From: Candidatus Omnitrophota bacterium
GTDB taxonomy: Bacteria > Omnitrophota > Omnitrophia > Omnitrophales > Aquincolibacteriaceae
Reading direction: 5' to 3'
Assembly: GCA_903856085.1 (NCBI GenBank)
Contig: CAIOAT010000016.1
Span: 8,581-72,580 of the forward strand
Length of the DNA: 64,000 bases
Below the pieces are notes generated by a model. The model did not search any database and was not told the DNA's origin. It saw only the letters and a program-made list of their open reading frames with translations. Below are positions 46,727-55,757 of this stretch, piece by piece. How positions within the stretch are numbered: position 1 is the first letter of the stretch; every line of letters begins with the position of its first letter. A program made the translations under genes and the position numbers.

Positions 46727-47824
46727 TTAACGGCCGCCCGTAACCCGCAGCTTTCTAATGATCGCCTCGCCCATTTCCCGGGTCCCAACAGCCGTGGGAT
46801 CGTTGCGGTCTTCTTTTAGATCGTAAGTCACATCTTTGCCTTCACGGATCACATCAGCCACAGCTTTTTCTAAACGCTTCGCGGCCTCGTTCTCTCCGAG
46901 ATGCTGAAGCATCAGAACACCCGAGAGGATCATCGCGACGGGATTCACTTTATTGAGTCCTTTATACTTCGGGGCAGAACCATGGGTCGCTTCGAAAAGA
47001 GCGCCATTCATTCCGATGTTGGCACCGGGTGCCACGCCCAGCCCGCCGACAAGTCCCGCGCAAAGATCCGAGAGAATATCGCCATACAGGTTCGGAAGGA
47101 CCAGCACGTCATAAAGCTCGGGCTTTTGCACAAGCTGCATGCACATATTATCCACGATGCGGTCCTCGAATTGGATGTCGGGATACTTTTTCGCCACTTC
47201 GCGCGCAACCTCGAGGAAAAGCCCGTCTGAGAATTTCATGATATTGGCCTTATGGACGGCCGTAACTTTTTTCCGTTTGTACTTCCGCGCATAATCGAAC
47301 GCGAATTTTACAATGCGTTCGCTTCCGGTCACAGAGATCGGCTTGATGCTCACGCCGGAATCCGGGCGGATTTTTTTTTGGGAAAGTCTTTCGATGTGAG
47401 CGATCAATTCCGTCACCTCGGGCGTCCCTTTCTGGAACTCAATGCCGGCATAAAGGTCTTCGGTGTTCTCACGCACAATCACAAGATCGATATGCTTGTA
47501 GCGGGAACGGACGCCGTCGTAGGATTTGCAGGGCCGGAGACATGCGTAAAGATCGAGCTCCTTACGAAGCGCCACATTCACAGAACGAAATCCTGTGCCA
47601 ACGGGTGTCGTCAGAGGGGCTTTGATGGCGACCTTGTTCTTGCGAATGGACTCCAAGACACGCTCCGGGAGCGGCGTTCCTTCGCTTGCCATAACATCCA
47701 TTCCGGCGGTCTGGATGTCCCAGTCAAATGGAACGCCTGTAGCTTCAAGACACGCCTTGGTTGCTTCCGCCAGTTCAGGTCCGACTCCGTCGCCGGGAAT
47801 AAGTGTCACGCGATAGGATTTCAT
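46727..47824 (-). CDS. icd: Isocitrate dehydrogenase (NAD-IDH/isopropylmalate-dehydrogenase family)
   Basis: 365 aa with [42 protein letters not shown] and [10 protein letters not shown]. It is upstream of the hemerythrin-hemerythrin-acnA string. Confidence 0.8.
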   Translation of the reverse strand: MKSYRVTLIPGDGVGPELAEATKACLEATGVPFDWDIQTAGMDVMASEGTPLPERVLESIRKNKVAIKAPLTTPVGTGFRSVNVALRKELDLYACLRPCKSYDGVRSRYKHIDLVIVRENTEDLYAGIEFQKGTPEVTELIAHIERLSQKKIRPDSGVSIKPISVTGSERIVKFAFDYARKYKRKKVTAVHKANIMKFSDGLFLEVAREVAKKYPDIQFEDRIVDNMCMQLVQKPELYDVLVLPNLYGDILSDLCAGLVGGLGVAPGANIGMNGALFEATHGSAPKYKGLNKVNPVAMILSGVLMLQHLGENEAAKRLEKAVADVIREGKDVTYDLKEDRNDPTAVGTREMGEAIIRKLRVTGGR

Positions 47825-47936
47825 GAAATTCCTCGTTTTTTAGGGTTTTCGCGTTCCCGTGAGAACGCTGCGGTCCAAAACGCCTCCGGCTATCCTTGTC
47901 TATGCTTTGATTTCTAAATAGTGACAAGGACAGCCC

Positions 47937-47959
47937 CAATTTCAACTTCGTTGAAATTG
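47937..47959. promoter_or_regulatory. Perfect 10-bp inverted repeat (CAATTTCAAC-ttc-GTTGAAATTG) in the icd/suhB divergent region
   Basis: Read directly from the sequence. A second 7-bp inverted repeat, CCTTGTC (47894-47900) / GACAAGG (47923-47929), lies just upstream. Confidence 0.5.
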
Positions 47960-48026
47960 ATAGGTATTGGGACTAGAATGCTTCGTTCCAAAAAGACCAG
48001 CCTCATCAAAAGAGTCCATATTTTAT

Positions 48027-48827
48027 ATGAAGAACACTAAAATTAAAAGAACGCTCTTGGATGCCCTTGCGACGGCCGGAAAGATCATCCGTTCGAATTT
48101 CGGCAAGGAACAGACGATCACAAAAAAAGGCCGGTTCAACCTTGTAACCGAGATCGATAAAGCCTCGGAAAAAGCCGTGGTCGGGCTTATTTTGAAACGT
48201 TTTCCGGATCATTCGATCCTGGCCGAGGAATCCCCTGCCATACTGGGCTCCGAATACCGCTGGATCATCGATCCAATCGACGGCACCACGAACTTCGCGC
48301 ACGGCTTCCCGATCGTTTCAGTCTCGATCGGGCTGGAGAGGGATGGCCGACTTGAAATGGGCGGCGTTTTCGATCCCTTTCGTAAGGAGCTTTTTTTCGC
48401 TGAGCGCAGCCAAGGTGCAACCCTGAACGGCAAGCGCATCCATGTCTCCAAAGCAAAAACCCTCGAGGACTCGCTCCTTGCGACCGGTTTCCCCTACGAT
48501 CGCAACATAAAGCCGGATGATTATCTCGGAATGCTCCGCGTCTTTCTGCCCCGGATCCAGGGCATACGCCGCGGCGGATCTGCAGCGATCGATCTTTGCT
48601 ACGTAGCCTGCGGCCGTTTTGACGGTTATTATGAAATGAAACTCGCGCCGTGGGACAAGGCGGCAGGCATGATGATCGTCGAGGAAGCAGGCGGAAGGCT
48701 TACGGATTTTTCAGGAGCTTCTTTAACTCTTGAGGGATTGCAGAATCTCGCCACCAATGGTTTGATTCATGCCGAAATGCTGGCGGCCCTTGAACCGTTC
48801 AAACATCTGGGGCGATCTTTTTCTTAG
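48027..48827 (+). CDS. suhB: Inositol monophosphatase family protein (SuhB-like)
   Basis: Blocks LAEESP, WIIDPIDGTTNFAHG and GSAAIDLCYVACGRFDGYYE. ATG 48027 is preferred over the TTG at 47967. Confidence 0.8.
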   Translation: MKNTKIKRTLLDALATAGKIIRSNFGKEQTITKKGRFNLVTEIDKASEKAVVGLILKRFPDHSILAEESPAILGSEYRWIIDPIDGTTNFAHGFPIVSVSIGLERDGRLEMGGVFDPFRKELFFAERSQGATLNGKRIHVSKAKTLEDSLLATGFPYDRNIKPDDYLGMLRVFLPRIQGIRRGGSAAIDLCYVACGRFDGYYEMKLAPWDKAAGMMIVEEAGGRLTDFSGASLTLEGLQNLATNGLIHAEMLAALEPFKHLGRSFS

Positions 48828-49004
48828 GAAAAGTTTGAATGCCACAGAAAAAAATCTCGAAGACCCCCAGGCCTCGTCACGGCTGGACCATCCATCCCAA
48901 AACACGCCTTAAACCTTCGGAGAAAAGTTGCCCCCGGAAAACCGCGAAAAAGGCTGAAAAGCATTGGGTGGACGAACTTTTTGATTGAGCAGACAGGCGC
49001 TAAA

Positions 49005-49045
49005 AACAAAAAGCGCCGGGTTTTGAGGCCCGGCGCTTTTGAAAA
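49005..49045 (-). terminator. Rho-independent terminator (bidirectional shape) downstream of small gene 49059-49400
   Basis: Stem AGCGCCGGG (49011-49019) / CCCGGCGCT (49028-49036). It is flanked by AAAAACAAAA on the left, which is the U-run on the minus strand, and TTTTG on the right. Confidence 0.75.
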
Positions 49046-49058
49046 TCCGAAATTCTTT

Positions 49059-49400
49059 TTACTTCTTTGCTCCGCCGCTGAGATCCACACCATTTTGCGG
49101 GAGCGGAAGATCCGCAGGAATCGGGAAGGTAACGAGCTGGAGCGCGCCGCCGACCGTATCCACAGTTGCTTCAACTAAGCCCTGACCAATGCCGGACCAA
49201 ACATTCTTTCCTGCGCTGGCATATTGGTTAGGAACAGCGAAGAGCTGAATCCAGCCGAGCAGCGTGTTCTGGAGACCGAACACCAGCTTGCCGGTAACCC
49301 TGTCACCGTATGTTTTCTCTTCCGTCCACGGACTCGCCGCGAAAGCCAACGGTGCGAGAATCATGGAAAGTATCACTACGAGACTCATGATCTTCTTCAT
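49059..49400 (-). CDS. Small secreted protein, paralog family 1 of 3 (resembles the exosortase-associated TIGR04073 family)
   Basis: SD GGGAGGA precedes ATG 49400. Signal peptide MKKIMSLVVILSMILAPLAFA. Core KLVFGLQNTLLGWIQL...GIGQGLVEATVDTVGGALQLVTFPIP. Confidence 0.6.
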   Translation of the reverse strand: MKKIMSLVVILSMILAPLAFAASPWTEEKTYGDRVTGKLVFGLQNTLLGWIQLFAVPNQYASAGKNVWSGIGQGLVEATVDTVGGALQLVTFPIPADLPLPQNGVDLSGGAKK

Positions 49401-49590
49401 TGTATTTCCTCCCTTGGTTTTTAAAGCCTTGGTATGGCACCACCTTCGAATTTTATTCTGCCACAACTTGGCAACCTCTACAACCTTAATATTCCCAAAA
49501 GTTATCGTCCTCCCACGCATTTCCTTTATCTTTTTTATCACCTTTTATCCTCCCCTTGTCGACCCGCCCCTGACCCGATATGATACTCCC

Positions 49591-50706
49591 ATGCATAAAA
49601 TTCACTTTCCGCCAGAAAAACTCCGCCGAACGCTTCTTCGGTGGTATTCCCTGCATAAAAGGAACCTTCCTTGGCGCCATACTTGCGATCCTTACAAGAT
49701 CTGGGTTTCTGAGATCATGCTGCAGCAGACTCAGGTCGCGACGGTCATTCCATACTATGAACGCTGGTTCAAAAGCTTCCCTTCTCTCTCCGCGCTGGCG
49801 GAGGCTCCTTTGTCAAAGACTTTAGAGCTTTGGGCTGGCTTGGGTTATTACAGACGGGTCCGAATGCTCCATCAAGCCGCATGCTACATTCAAGAAAAGC
49901 TTCAGGGAAAGATTCCCGAGACTGCGGAAGAGTTGAGAAAACTACCCGGAATCGGCCGCTATACCGCCGGCGCGATCGCCAGCATCGCGTGGGGCGAAAA
50001 AACGCCGGTCCTGGACGGGAATGTGATCCGCATTTTCACAAGGATCTTCGCTGTCGCGCAAAGCGTAGATCGACCCGCGACCCTGGAAAGACTTTGGTCG
50101 ATCGCGGCTTCGTTCGTCGCGGGCAAAAACCCCGGCGACCTTAATCAAGCACTTATGGAATTGGGCGCAACAGTATGCTTCCCCTCAAATCCGCACTGCG
50201 CTCGCTGTCCGGTGAAAAAAAGTTGCGCGGCCCATCGAAAAGGAAGAGAACTCTTTTATCCCGTTCGTTCTCAAAAAGACCGCTATGAAAAACTAACGAC
50301 AGCAGCGCTAGTATTGAAAAACAAGAAAAATGAGGTCTGGCTAGAAAAACAACCTGAGCAGGGCCGTTGGGGCGGGCTTTGGATGTTCCCGTTTTGGACA
50401 CATAAAAAAGAGATGCTGGAAGAGCTCTCGCCTTCCTGCTCAAAACCCGTCCTTTTTTTAATCGTCCCACACGCTTTTACAAAATACAGGATCACCCTTG
50501 AGGTTTTTGGATCGTTGGCTAAAACGAGAGTGTCTTGGAAGCGGCCATGCGGAAGATGGTTTCCGATTGGGAAATTGGCCCGGATCGCTTTCCCATCTCC
50601 ACACAGGAAAATTGCTCAAGCGCTTATAGCTCGAAATGGGCTGTTAAATCCTCTTTTCCCCGGAAGAGGCCTTGCAGAAAGAAAACCCAGGGCCCGACGC
50701 ACCTAA
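49591..50706 (+). CDS. mutY: A/G-specific adenine DNA glycosylase MutY
   Basis: From ATG 49591: LLRWYSLHKRNLPWRHTCDPYKIWVSEIMLQQTQV, an HhH-GPD block LPGIGRYTAGAIASIA, an Fe-S loop CFPSNPHCARCPVKKSC and a C-terminal Nudix-like domain. Confidence 0.9.
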   Translation: MHKIHFPPEKLRRTLLRWYSLHKRNLPWRHTCDPYKIWVSEIMLQQTQVATVIPYYERWFKSFPSLSALAEAPLSKTLELWAGLGYYRRVRMLHQAACYIQEKLQGKIPETAEELRKLPGIGRYTAGAIASIAWGEKTPVLDGNVIRIFTRIFAVAQSVDRPATLERLWSIAASFVAGKNPGDLNQALMELGATVCFPSNPHCARCPVKKSCAAHRKGRELFYPVRSQKDRYEKLTTAALVLKNKKNEVWLEKQPEQGRWGGLWMFPFWTHKKEMLEELSPSCSKPVLFLIVPHAFTKYRITLEVFGSLAKTRVSWKRPCGRWFPIGKLARIAFPSPHRKIAQALIARNGLLNPLFPGRGLAERKPRARRT

Positions 50707-50749
50707 AAATCGTTATCGTAATGATAGCCGTCGTAAGCCCGGGAATTCC

Positions 50750-50971
50750 TTATTGGGTCATGCGGTCGGTCAACCAAGCATCCAGGACGTCTTTTTTGAA
50801 ACGCCACTGCCCGCCGATCTTCGTCGCCGGAACTTCACCCTTCTTCAGCAAGCGATAGATCGTCACGAGATGGAATCCAAGATATTTCGCCGCTTCCTTT
50901 GGCGTCATAATCTGGGTTCGCTCTTTCCTGGGATATTGGAATTCTGGCCCCTGCTCTTTTGTTTGTTCCAT
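50750..50971 (-). CDS. Excisionase-family (MerR-superfamily) helix-turn-helix DNA-binding protein, 73 aa
   Basis: MTPKEAAKYLGFHLVTIYRLLKKGEVPATKIGGQWRFKKDVLDAWL. A strong SD (AAGGAGAA) precedes ATG 50971. Confidence 0.75.
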   Translation of the reverse strand: MEQTKEQGPEFQYPRKERTQIMTPKEAAKYLGFHLVTIYRLLKKGEVPATKIGGQWRFKKDVLDAWLTDRMTQ

Positions 50972-50992
50972 TTTGGTTCTCCTTGTACAGCA

Positions 50993-51090
50993 TTGCTACT
51001 TTTGATTTTACTATAGCTATATGCTACAACATAACCTATCCTACATACTATAAATTGTCAACAGTTGCTAGTTTTTACGCTTTTTGCTAC
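50993..51090. repeat. Dispersed TTGCTAC motif copies in an AT-rich 350-bp intergenic region
   Basis: TTGCTAC at 50993-50999, TGCTAC at 51022-51027, TTGCTAG at 51065-51071 and TTGCTAC at 51084-51090. An 8-bp inverted repeat, GTACCGTT (51215-51222) / AACGGTAC (51245-51252), lies further downstream. Confidence 0.5.
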
Positions 51091-51326
51091 TTCTTGTAAC
51101 CTATTGTCGTGACTCCTCTTACAAAAAATCAGCCTCAAAAATAAAAATATTATTGCTTGTTATTTTTATTCATTGTAGTATCTGTGCCTGTCCGCTTCTC
51201 AGGAAATGTTTCTAGTACCGTTTTCCATTTGATTCTAAGGGGTTAACGGTACAGTACTGCAAACCAATAACAGCAGTGCTAGCCTGTCAGCCATTTTCAA
51301 AAAATCATTAAAAAGGGAGGTTGTTC

Positions 51327-51842
51327 ATGAAGAAAGCAAAGGTATTGCTAGCTCTTGTGGTCTGCGCTTTTTTGCTGGTCCCGATGAGCTTCGCGAAAGA
51401 TGTTTGGGAAATGGCTAAATCGGATGTCTATAAGGAAAAGACCGGCGGAATGTTGGGTCGCGGTCTCGTAAACGCGGCGACAAGCCCCGTTGATATCTTT
51501 GTCCAAACCGTCAACAAAACGAAGACGGAAACTCCCTTGATCGGAACTCTGACTGGTATGGCGGGCGGTCTCGGTTGCACAGCGCTTCGCGCCGGCTCGG
51601 GCATTGTAGACGTTGCTCTCTTCTGGGTCCCAGGATTTAACGGCTTCCCCGTGTCACGTTCTTATGACAACTGCTTGGAAGAATCTTCCGAGGTCGCACA
51701 ACCCATCCAAGCGCCCGTTCAGCCGGTTGCTGTGGCAAGCGCGCCTCAAGAGCCCCTCGTAACGGTCACGGAAGCACAACCTGCTGCTGTCCACAAACAT
51801 GTGATCAAAAAACATAACGCTTACGATTACGTGAAGAAATAA
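51327..51842 (+). CDS. Small secreted protein, paralog family 2 of 3, with Pro/Ala/Val-rich C-terminal tail
   Basis: SD AAGGGAGG lies 6 nt upstream of ATG 51327. Signal peptide MKKAKVLLALVVCAFLLVPMSFA. Core MLGRGLVNAATSPVDI...LTGMAGGLGCTALRAGSGIVDVALFWVP. Confidence 0.6.
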   Translation: MKKAKVLLALVVCAFLLVPMSFAKDVWEMAKSDVYKEKTGGMLGRGLVNAATSPVDIFVQTVNKTKTETPLIGTLTGMAGGLGCTALRAGSGIVDVALFWVPGFNGFPVSRSYDNCLEESSEVAQPIQAPVQPVAVASAPQEPLVTVTEAQPAAVHKHVIKKHNAYDYVKK

Positions 51843-51864
51843 AATAGACTTTCGGAACGGAAAA

Positions 51865-51906
51865 TAAAAAAAGCGCAGGACGGGTTATCGTCTTGCGCTT
51901 TTTTTA
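51865..51906. terminator. Bidirectional rho-independent terminator between 51327-51842 (+) and pyrE (-)
   Basis: 12-bp stem AAGCGCAGGACG (51871-51882) / CGTCTTGCGCTT (51889-51900) with one G-U pair and the loop GGTTAT. It is flanked by an A-run and a T-run. Confidence 0.85.
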
Positions 51907-51918
51907 TTGTTTGAAGGA

Positions 51919-52464
51919 TTACAGTCCCAAATCGCTCAGCGTGAAAATCGGTGCGTAGTGGTAACTGGCGAGCATTTCCGAAGCCCCTTCGTTGCGATCC
52001 ACGAGACAAATTGTTTTAACGATTTTTGCCCCGAGTGCTTCCACCTCCTTGATCGCCTTCAGAACTGAACCTCCGGTTGTGATCACATCTTCAAGCATGA
52101 CCACTTTGTCGCCCGGCGCCAGGGCAGGCCCTTCGATCATTTTCTGCATCCCGTGATCTTTAGCCTCTTTGCGAACGATAAACGCCTTGAGAGGCTTCCC
52201 GCTCTGAGAACTCAAAACTGACACGGCGGCTGCGAGAGGATCCGCACCAAGCGTTGGTCCGCCCACAGCATCGGCTCCTACCGCTTGAGCCATGTGAAGA
52301 ATCACCTTCGCCGCAAGAAAGAGTCCTTGCGCATCCAGTGTCACCTGCTTGCCATCGATGTAGTACTGCGAGATCTTCCCGGAGGCCAGCTTCCGCTCCC
52401 CGCGAACCACAGCCTTCTCTTGGATCTGCTTCAACAGTTCTTGTTTCAGCGCTTGTTCATCCAT
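51919..52464 (-). CDS. pyrE: Orotate phosphoribosyltransferase
   Basis: 181 aa with the PRPP-binding block VVMLEDVITTGGS and the N-terminal block SGKISQYYIDG. Confidence 0.9.
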   Translation of the reverse strand: MDEQALKQELLKQIQEKAVVRGERKLASGKISQYYIDGKQVTLDAQGLFLAAKVILHMAQAVGADAVGGPTLGADPLAAAVSVLSSQSGKPLKAFIVRKEAKDHGMQKMIEGPALAPGDKVVMLEDVITTGGSVLKAIKEVEALGAKIVKTICLVDRNEGASEMLASYHYAPIFTLSDLGL

Positions 52465-52595
52465 GATCTTATGACTCCTTTTGAGTTATTCTATGCTGTA
52501 TGGCTCCGGAAAACACCTCGCTAGCGGCCCAGCGCCCTTTTCGAGATTATACTCCACAGGGACCGCTGAAGAAACTTGCATAAAAAATCAAACCT

Positions 52596-53363
52596 TTAAC
52601 CGGGCGAGCCCATCTTTTCTCGAATCTTTCGTGAAAGACCTTTGATCATTTGTGCTTCAGGCTCCAAAAGCCCGCTTCGTTTGATGAGCCCCCGCAGAGT
52701 CCGAAGGATTCTCGGCAAAAGATCCGCCCCGCCTTTTTTGTATCCCAACGCCTTCAGAGCTTTCTCAAAATGTTCGATCGTGACCTCAATCTCTTTTTTA
52801 TCCAAAACTCTCGCATGCACGGCCGCTTCTTTTGCGCTTGGGTCTTCACACCGATCAAGCGGAGCGCGACAGGAACTTGAACCATCCCAGGAAAGAGCAA
52901 ACAGCGTGACCATCACGGCTTGCGCCAGATTAAGCGACGGATAGGAAGGCCCCGTGGGAATCGTCACCAAGTGATCGCATAAGGCACTGTCCTCATTTTC
53001 AAGGCCTTTGGATTCGCGGCCAAAAACAATCCCGATCTTCTGCTGGCGTGAACTCCCTCGAATCTTTGCAACCGTCTTATCGAAAGAAAGAAAAGTCCCC
53101 CGATGCCCGCCCAAGCGCCGCGTCGTCCCGATCACAACCCCCAAGTCCTGGATCGCGTCCTGAAGAGAAGCGTAAGCCTTCCCTTTTTTCAGGATGTCCG
53201 ATGCCGACATGGCCATCTTTTTGGCTTTCGCCCGCCAGGCTCTCGGCGGGCTCACAAGACGCAGATCCGCGAACCCCATGTTCTTGACAGCTCGGGCTAC
53301 CGCTCCGATATTGTCCGGGTTTTCAGGAGAAACAAGAATGATCGCTATCTTTTCTTTTTTCAT
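52596..53363 (-). CDS. trmJ: SpoU/TrmH-class tRNA 2'-O-methyltransferase (TrmJ-like)
   Basis: Blocks IAIILVSPENPDNIGAVARAVKNMGF, FGRESKGLENE and PSLNLAQAV. Confidence 0.8.
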   Translation of the reverse strand: MKKEKIAIILVSPENPDNIGAVARAVKNMGFADLRLVSPPRAWRAKAKKMAMSASDILKKGKAYASLQDAIQDLGVVIGTTRRLGGHRGTFLSFDKTVAKIRGSSRQQKIGIVFGRESKGLENEDSALCDHLVTIPTGPSYPSLNLAQAVMVTLFALSWDGSSSCRAPLDRCEDPSAKEAAVHARVLDKKEIEVTIEHFEKALKALGYKKGGADLLPRILRTLRGLIKRSGLLEPEAQMIKGLSRKIREKMGSPG

Positions 53364-53397
53364 CGAAAGAGTTTTTCAGCTGCAGAATGCCGCGTGT

Positions 53398-53760
53398 CTA
53401 TTCTTTTTGCCAGACATAATCCGGCAGATCGAATTGCCGCGTCAGAGGCGCAGCGTCACTCCCCACCGCATACCAGGGGAGAACAAAAACATCATTCACG
53501 CTGGATCCCCACCGTACCGCGGTATCCGTAAAGACACGCGGGATATAGGTTAACGGCCAGGCTCTGGGATGGTCTTTTCTTTCTTCTTTAAATGCATACA
53601 CGACTTCCCCGGGCGAAGTGAGAAAGCTCACCCACCCGCGCTTCTCGATGGAAACGATCTGTTTCAAAGCGCTTTCTTTTTTTCCGGTTTCCATCGCGAA
53701 AAGAGAGCTTGTCCCAAGCAATAAAACCCCGGCAAGCATCCACGCTATCTTTTTTTCCAT
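53398..53760 (-). CDS. Small secreted protein, paralog family 3 of 3 (more divergent)
   Basis: Signal peptide MEKKIAWMLAGVLLLGTSSLFA. Core IEKRGWVSFLTSPGEVVY...TDTAVRWGSSVNDVFVLPW. It overlaps the rsmB 3' end by 16 nt. Confidence 0.5.
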   Translation of the reverse strand: MEKKIAWMLAGVLLLGTSSLFAMETGKKESALKQIVSIEKRGWVSFLTSPGEVVYAFKEERKDHPRAWPLTYIPRVFTDTAVRWGSSVNDVFVLPWYAVGSDAAPLTRQFDLPDYVWQKE

Positions 53761-55076
53761 GTTTTTTTCCCTTCCGTTGGGCCTTCATTGATTTTTTTAA
53801 AAACTGCAAGAAAAAAACCATCCGTCCCACTCTCCGGCGGCCATAGCTTGAAGAATGTCGCCCCCGCTTCCCCGCAAGGGACAATCTCCAACTCGGGATG
53901 CGCCACGAGGAACGTCTTGACCACATTTTCGTTCTCCGCAGCCTCTACCGAACAAGTCGCGTAATAGAGCCTGCCGTTTTCCGCAAGATAAGGTAATGTT
54001 TTTTCCAGGATCGCGAGCTGCTCTTTCGGAAGCGCTTCGAACCAGGATGGCGCGAGCTTCCATTTCGCGTCGGGGTTCCGGCCAAGCGTCCCGGTCCCGG
54101 AACACGGCGCGTCCACCAAAATCCTGTCAAATCCTCTCTGCGCAAGCTTAAGGTCTGCCATGCGGTCCAACTCCGCCGGAAAAATATTAAAAACCCCGGC
54201 CCGCTTGGCTCTCTTTTTAAGTTCCTCCAGCTTATAGGATCGCAGGTCTGTTGCTACGATTCGCCCTTTATTCTCCATCATCGCCGCCAAAAGCAAACTT
54301 TTCCCGCCGCCGCCCGCGCAAACGTCCCAAATGCTTTCTCCGGGCTGGGGATCCATTTTTTGACAGACCATTTGACTGCCTTCATCCTGAACCTCGAACC
54401 ATCCGTCGCGAAAGGCTGGCGTATCGAATACATTGCGCCGCTCCTGAAGGATCAAGCCGAAATAAGACATCACGGTCTGGTTGGCCTCGACGCCGAAGCG
54501 CCGGAACATATCCACGAGCTTTTTGCGGCTGATCTTAAGCGTATTGGCGCGCAGCACAAGAAGCGGCCTCTGCTGGAAGAATGCCACCAAGCGTTCTGTT
54601 TCATGCACGCCAAACATCTCAGCCCATCGCTGGATAAGCCACAAGGGGAAGGAATAAAGGAGCGCCATCATTTCTTCTTTGGATTTCGGGCCTTCTCCTT
54701 CAGGGAGAAGATGTTCCTGCAGGGCGGCATAGACCCTTTCGCTTTGCTTGAAAAATTCGCGAAAATCTTCTTTGCTGACAAGTCCTTCCTTTGCGGCAGC
54801 ATAAAGGCAAAGGCATTCTGCCTTTTCGAGAGCGCTCATGATCGGTCGCGGTTTGGCCTTTTCGACCCAAGCCTCCAGGAAACTTTTGTGACGAAAGATC
54901 GCAAAGATCGTTTCGGAGAGGAACTTGCGATCGCGGGAACCGACTTTTTTCCGGTTTTGATAAAAGTAGCGCGCGAGCCAACGGTCCGACGGCATCGGGT
55001 CTTTCTCAACGCCTTGCCAAACCTCCGTGACCATGCGAAGCTGCGAAAAAATGAGCCTTCTTTGACTGTCTTTCAT
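53745..55076 (-). CDS. rsmB: 16S rRNA (cytosine-C5)-methyltransferase RsmB/Sun
   Basis: NusB-like N-terminus, SAM motif DVCAGGGGKS and catalytic motif DAPCSGTGTLGRNPD. Confidence 0.85.
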   Translation of the reverse strand: MKDSQRRLIFSQLRMVTEVWQGVEKDPMPSDRWLARYFYQNRKKVGSRDRKFLSETIFAIFRHKSFLEAWVEKAKPRPIMSALEKAECLCLYAAAKEGLVSKEDFREFFKQSERVYAALQEHLLPEGEGPKSKEEMMALLYSFPLWLIQRWAEMFGVHETERLVAFFQQRPLLVLRANTLKISRKKLVDMFRRFGVEANQTVMSYFGLILQERRNVFDTPAFRDGWFEVQDEGSQMVCQKMDPQPGESIWDVCAGGGGKSLLLAAMMENKGRIVATDLRSYKLEELKKRAKRAGVFNIFPAELDRMADLKLAQRGFDRILVDAPCSGTGTLGRNPDAKWKLAPSWFEALPKEQLAILEKTLPYLAENGRLYYATCSVEAAENENVVKTFLVAHPELEIVPCGEAGATFFKLWPPESGTDGFFLAVFKKINEGPTEGKKTWKKR

Positions 55077-55243
55077 GAAATCCTTTGGGTTAGAAAAAAA
55101 AGGCCTGATCGCATGGACCAGGCCTGTCCGAACATCAAAAAATCAAAGAGCAACTTTGTTAATTCCGCCCAAGCCTTCCTTTTTATTTCTTTTATGCGAC
55201 TTGGACTGCCCTGATTCCCCTTTGATTTTCGAATGAATGAGAA

Positions 55244-55684
55244 TCAGGACTGTTCGCCTGCGTTCAGGATCCTCTGGCGAATATCGGATTCCCGGTCAAA
55301 ACGGTTCTGCCGGGACACGTCCAGGGTCCTTTGCGCCGAAGAAAGTTGCTGCTGGATATACGGATCGTTGTTGTTGCCGCTACGTGCCGTCTTGAAAGCG
55401 TCCGTGGCACTCCACGCATGGTTGGCAATAAGGGGCCCCAGACCGACCCAAAAAAGACCTCCGGTGGTCAATGTAGCAAGAAGGATTGTGGTAGTCACGG
55501 CGGCTACTTCAATACCTGCCATGATCTTGGTTTTGGTGGCCCCGATCTCGCCGTTCATGGCCTGACCCGTGGTCGGCAAAAGCAGCGAAGCTCCAAATTG
55601 CTTGCCGCCCATTGCAAAAGCCGAAGGAGACAAGGACGCGAAAATCATCAAAAAAACAATAAGATAAGAGAGTGTTTTTTTCAT
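55244..55684 (-). CDS. Small membrane/secreted hypothetical protein (146 aa)
   Basis: SD AAGGAG precedes ATG 55684. Signal peptide MKKTLSYLIVFLMIFASLSPSAFA. Two further hydrophobic segments and a polar Q/N/R-rich tail follow. Confidence 0.5.
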   Translation of the reverse strand: MKKTLSYLIVFLMIFASLSPSAFAMGGKQFGASLLLPTTGQAMNGEIGATKTKIMAGIEVAAVTTTILLATLTTGGLFWVGLGPLIANHAWSATDAFKTARSGNNNDPYIQQQLSSAQRTLDVSRQNRFDRESDIRQRILNAGEQS

Positions 55685-55757
55685 AGGCGTTCTCCTTAAA
55701 TTGGTAATTCTCTCACCCGTAATCAACGGCTTCCCGAGGAAAATCTTTACCTTTTCC

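Noticed and set aside
48824-49174. 116-aa minus-strand ORF
   Set aside because: It spans the strong terminator hairpin at 49011-49036 and the 3' end of gene 49059-49400. It has no SD and a basic low-complexity translation.
50750-51320. Prophage or integrative-element remnant
   Set aside because: Only a 73-aa excisionase-type HTH gene and AT-rich DNA are present. There is no integrase, no tRNA target, no direct-repeat att sites and no phage genes nearby.
54360-55214. 284-aa plus-strand ORF, and similar long antisense ORFs (56067-57017, 57909-58706, 8377-9237, 7537-8355, 47252-47917, 40534-41187, 12551-13159, 4318-4797)
   Set aside because: Each lies opposite a confidently identified gene (rsmB, pepA, cysE/rnhA, PHP, icd, GT, ppx, ppk2) and has a biased, Arg-rich or motif-free translation. 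These are typical shadow frames in roughly 50% GC DNA.
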